This document shows positions 63,123 to 64,000 of a DNA stretch of 64,000 nucleotides, piece by piece. Made by a program: the position numbers and the translations under genes. The stretch is from Camelus ferus (Eukaryota): assembly GCF_009834535.1 (NCBI RefSeq), contig NC_045698.1, positions 11,720,001 through 11,784,000 on the forward strand. The letters are read 5' to 3'. The first letter of the stretch is position 1. Each line of letters starts with the position of its first letter. Below the pieces are notes generated by a model that saw only the letters and a program-made list of their open reading frames with translations, was not told the origin of the DNA and searched no databases.

Positions 63123-63792
63123 CACCTAGCTCAGTTCTACCATCTTCAAAGTCAGCCGTCAGCAATCGTGGTTGATGGACACAAATGTCTTTATGTTTAT
63201 CAAAGATTTCATGAGAGAGTAGTATTTTTGGAACATTTTTTAAAAAAATCTCTAGAACAGTAAAGAAAATTTTTCAGTGAAAGTTTGGTATAAAATCAGT
63301 ATTCTGACTCCAATAACACTTTGCTTCTGAATAAACTGACCTTGGGTTTCATGAAATTTCTTAATTTCAATAAATGGCTAAACAGAATTTTATTTTCCCT
63401 GGGTGAAGTCAAGGGAGAATATTCATGTTACACCTTTGATTTTCCTTCTCATAACATTTTAATACATTGTCATAAATCAACATCATTAAGGGGACCATAC
63501 CTTAAGGTGAGAACTGACAAAAATTTATGCTGATACTTTTATTGGGATAATAATGATAATAGCTAAATGTCTTGAGCACTTGCTTTTTGCCAGGTCCCGT
63601 GCTAAGTGTTTCACTTGGACTGACTCTTGTCTTATTCTAAGCCTAGTGATCAGAAGGGCCTTCTGCTGCCTGTGTGGCAAGTGTCTATGACGTCCAGGAA
63701 TATGCCCTTAACAAATACCATCATTTGAACAACTTCCCTCCTGATCCTCTGCAAACTCCACAAGAAAAGAGAGAGGTACTATGACATATTAC

Positions 63793-64000
63793 CTTTATTT
63801 TTATTGAAGTATGATTGTTGTACAATATCATATAAGTTACAGGTGTACAACATAGTAATTCACAATTTTTAAAGGTTATGCCCCACTTATACTTATTATA
63901 AAATACTGGCTATATTACTTGTGTTGTATAATATATCCTTGTAGTTTATTTTATGCATAATAGTTCATGCCTCTTACTTCCCTACCCCTATATTTCCCCT
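63793..64000 (-). mobile_element. L1 3' end (runs off window)
   Basis: tttattgaagtatgattg...caggtgtacaacatagtaattcac...aaaatactggctatatt. Confidence 0.8.

Overview
Mammalian (eutherian) genomic DNA, probably a camelid; this is inferred from a Vic-1-like tRNA-derived SINE and L1 3' ends of artiodactyl type. The only supportable protein-coding content is the 5' end of MARCHF11 (MARCH11, membrane-associated RING-CH E3 ubiquitin ligase) on the minus strand. Coding exon 1 is 22694-22143 and lies in a CpG island; exon 2 is 20950-20795. Together they encode the complete C4HC3 RING-CH finger. Bases 1-20794 are the start of the long intron 2, and the transmembrane exons lie outside the window. About 41 kb upstream (23.6-64 kb) is repeat-rich intergenic DNA (L1, L2, CR1/L3, MIR, MaLR/ERV LTRs, hAT MER elements, microsatellites). 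The most notable non-coding signals are a perfect 21/21 REST/NRSF RE1 element in intron 1, an overlapping CRE/AP-1 motif, two CTCF-like motifs, a perfect 15-bp-arm intronic hairpin, and an apparent old local duplication of an MLT1-(CTTT)n-L1 module. I found no evidence for a wholly new biological system. Repeat subfamily names come from recalled consensus features, not a database search, and most repeat boundaries are approximate.
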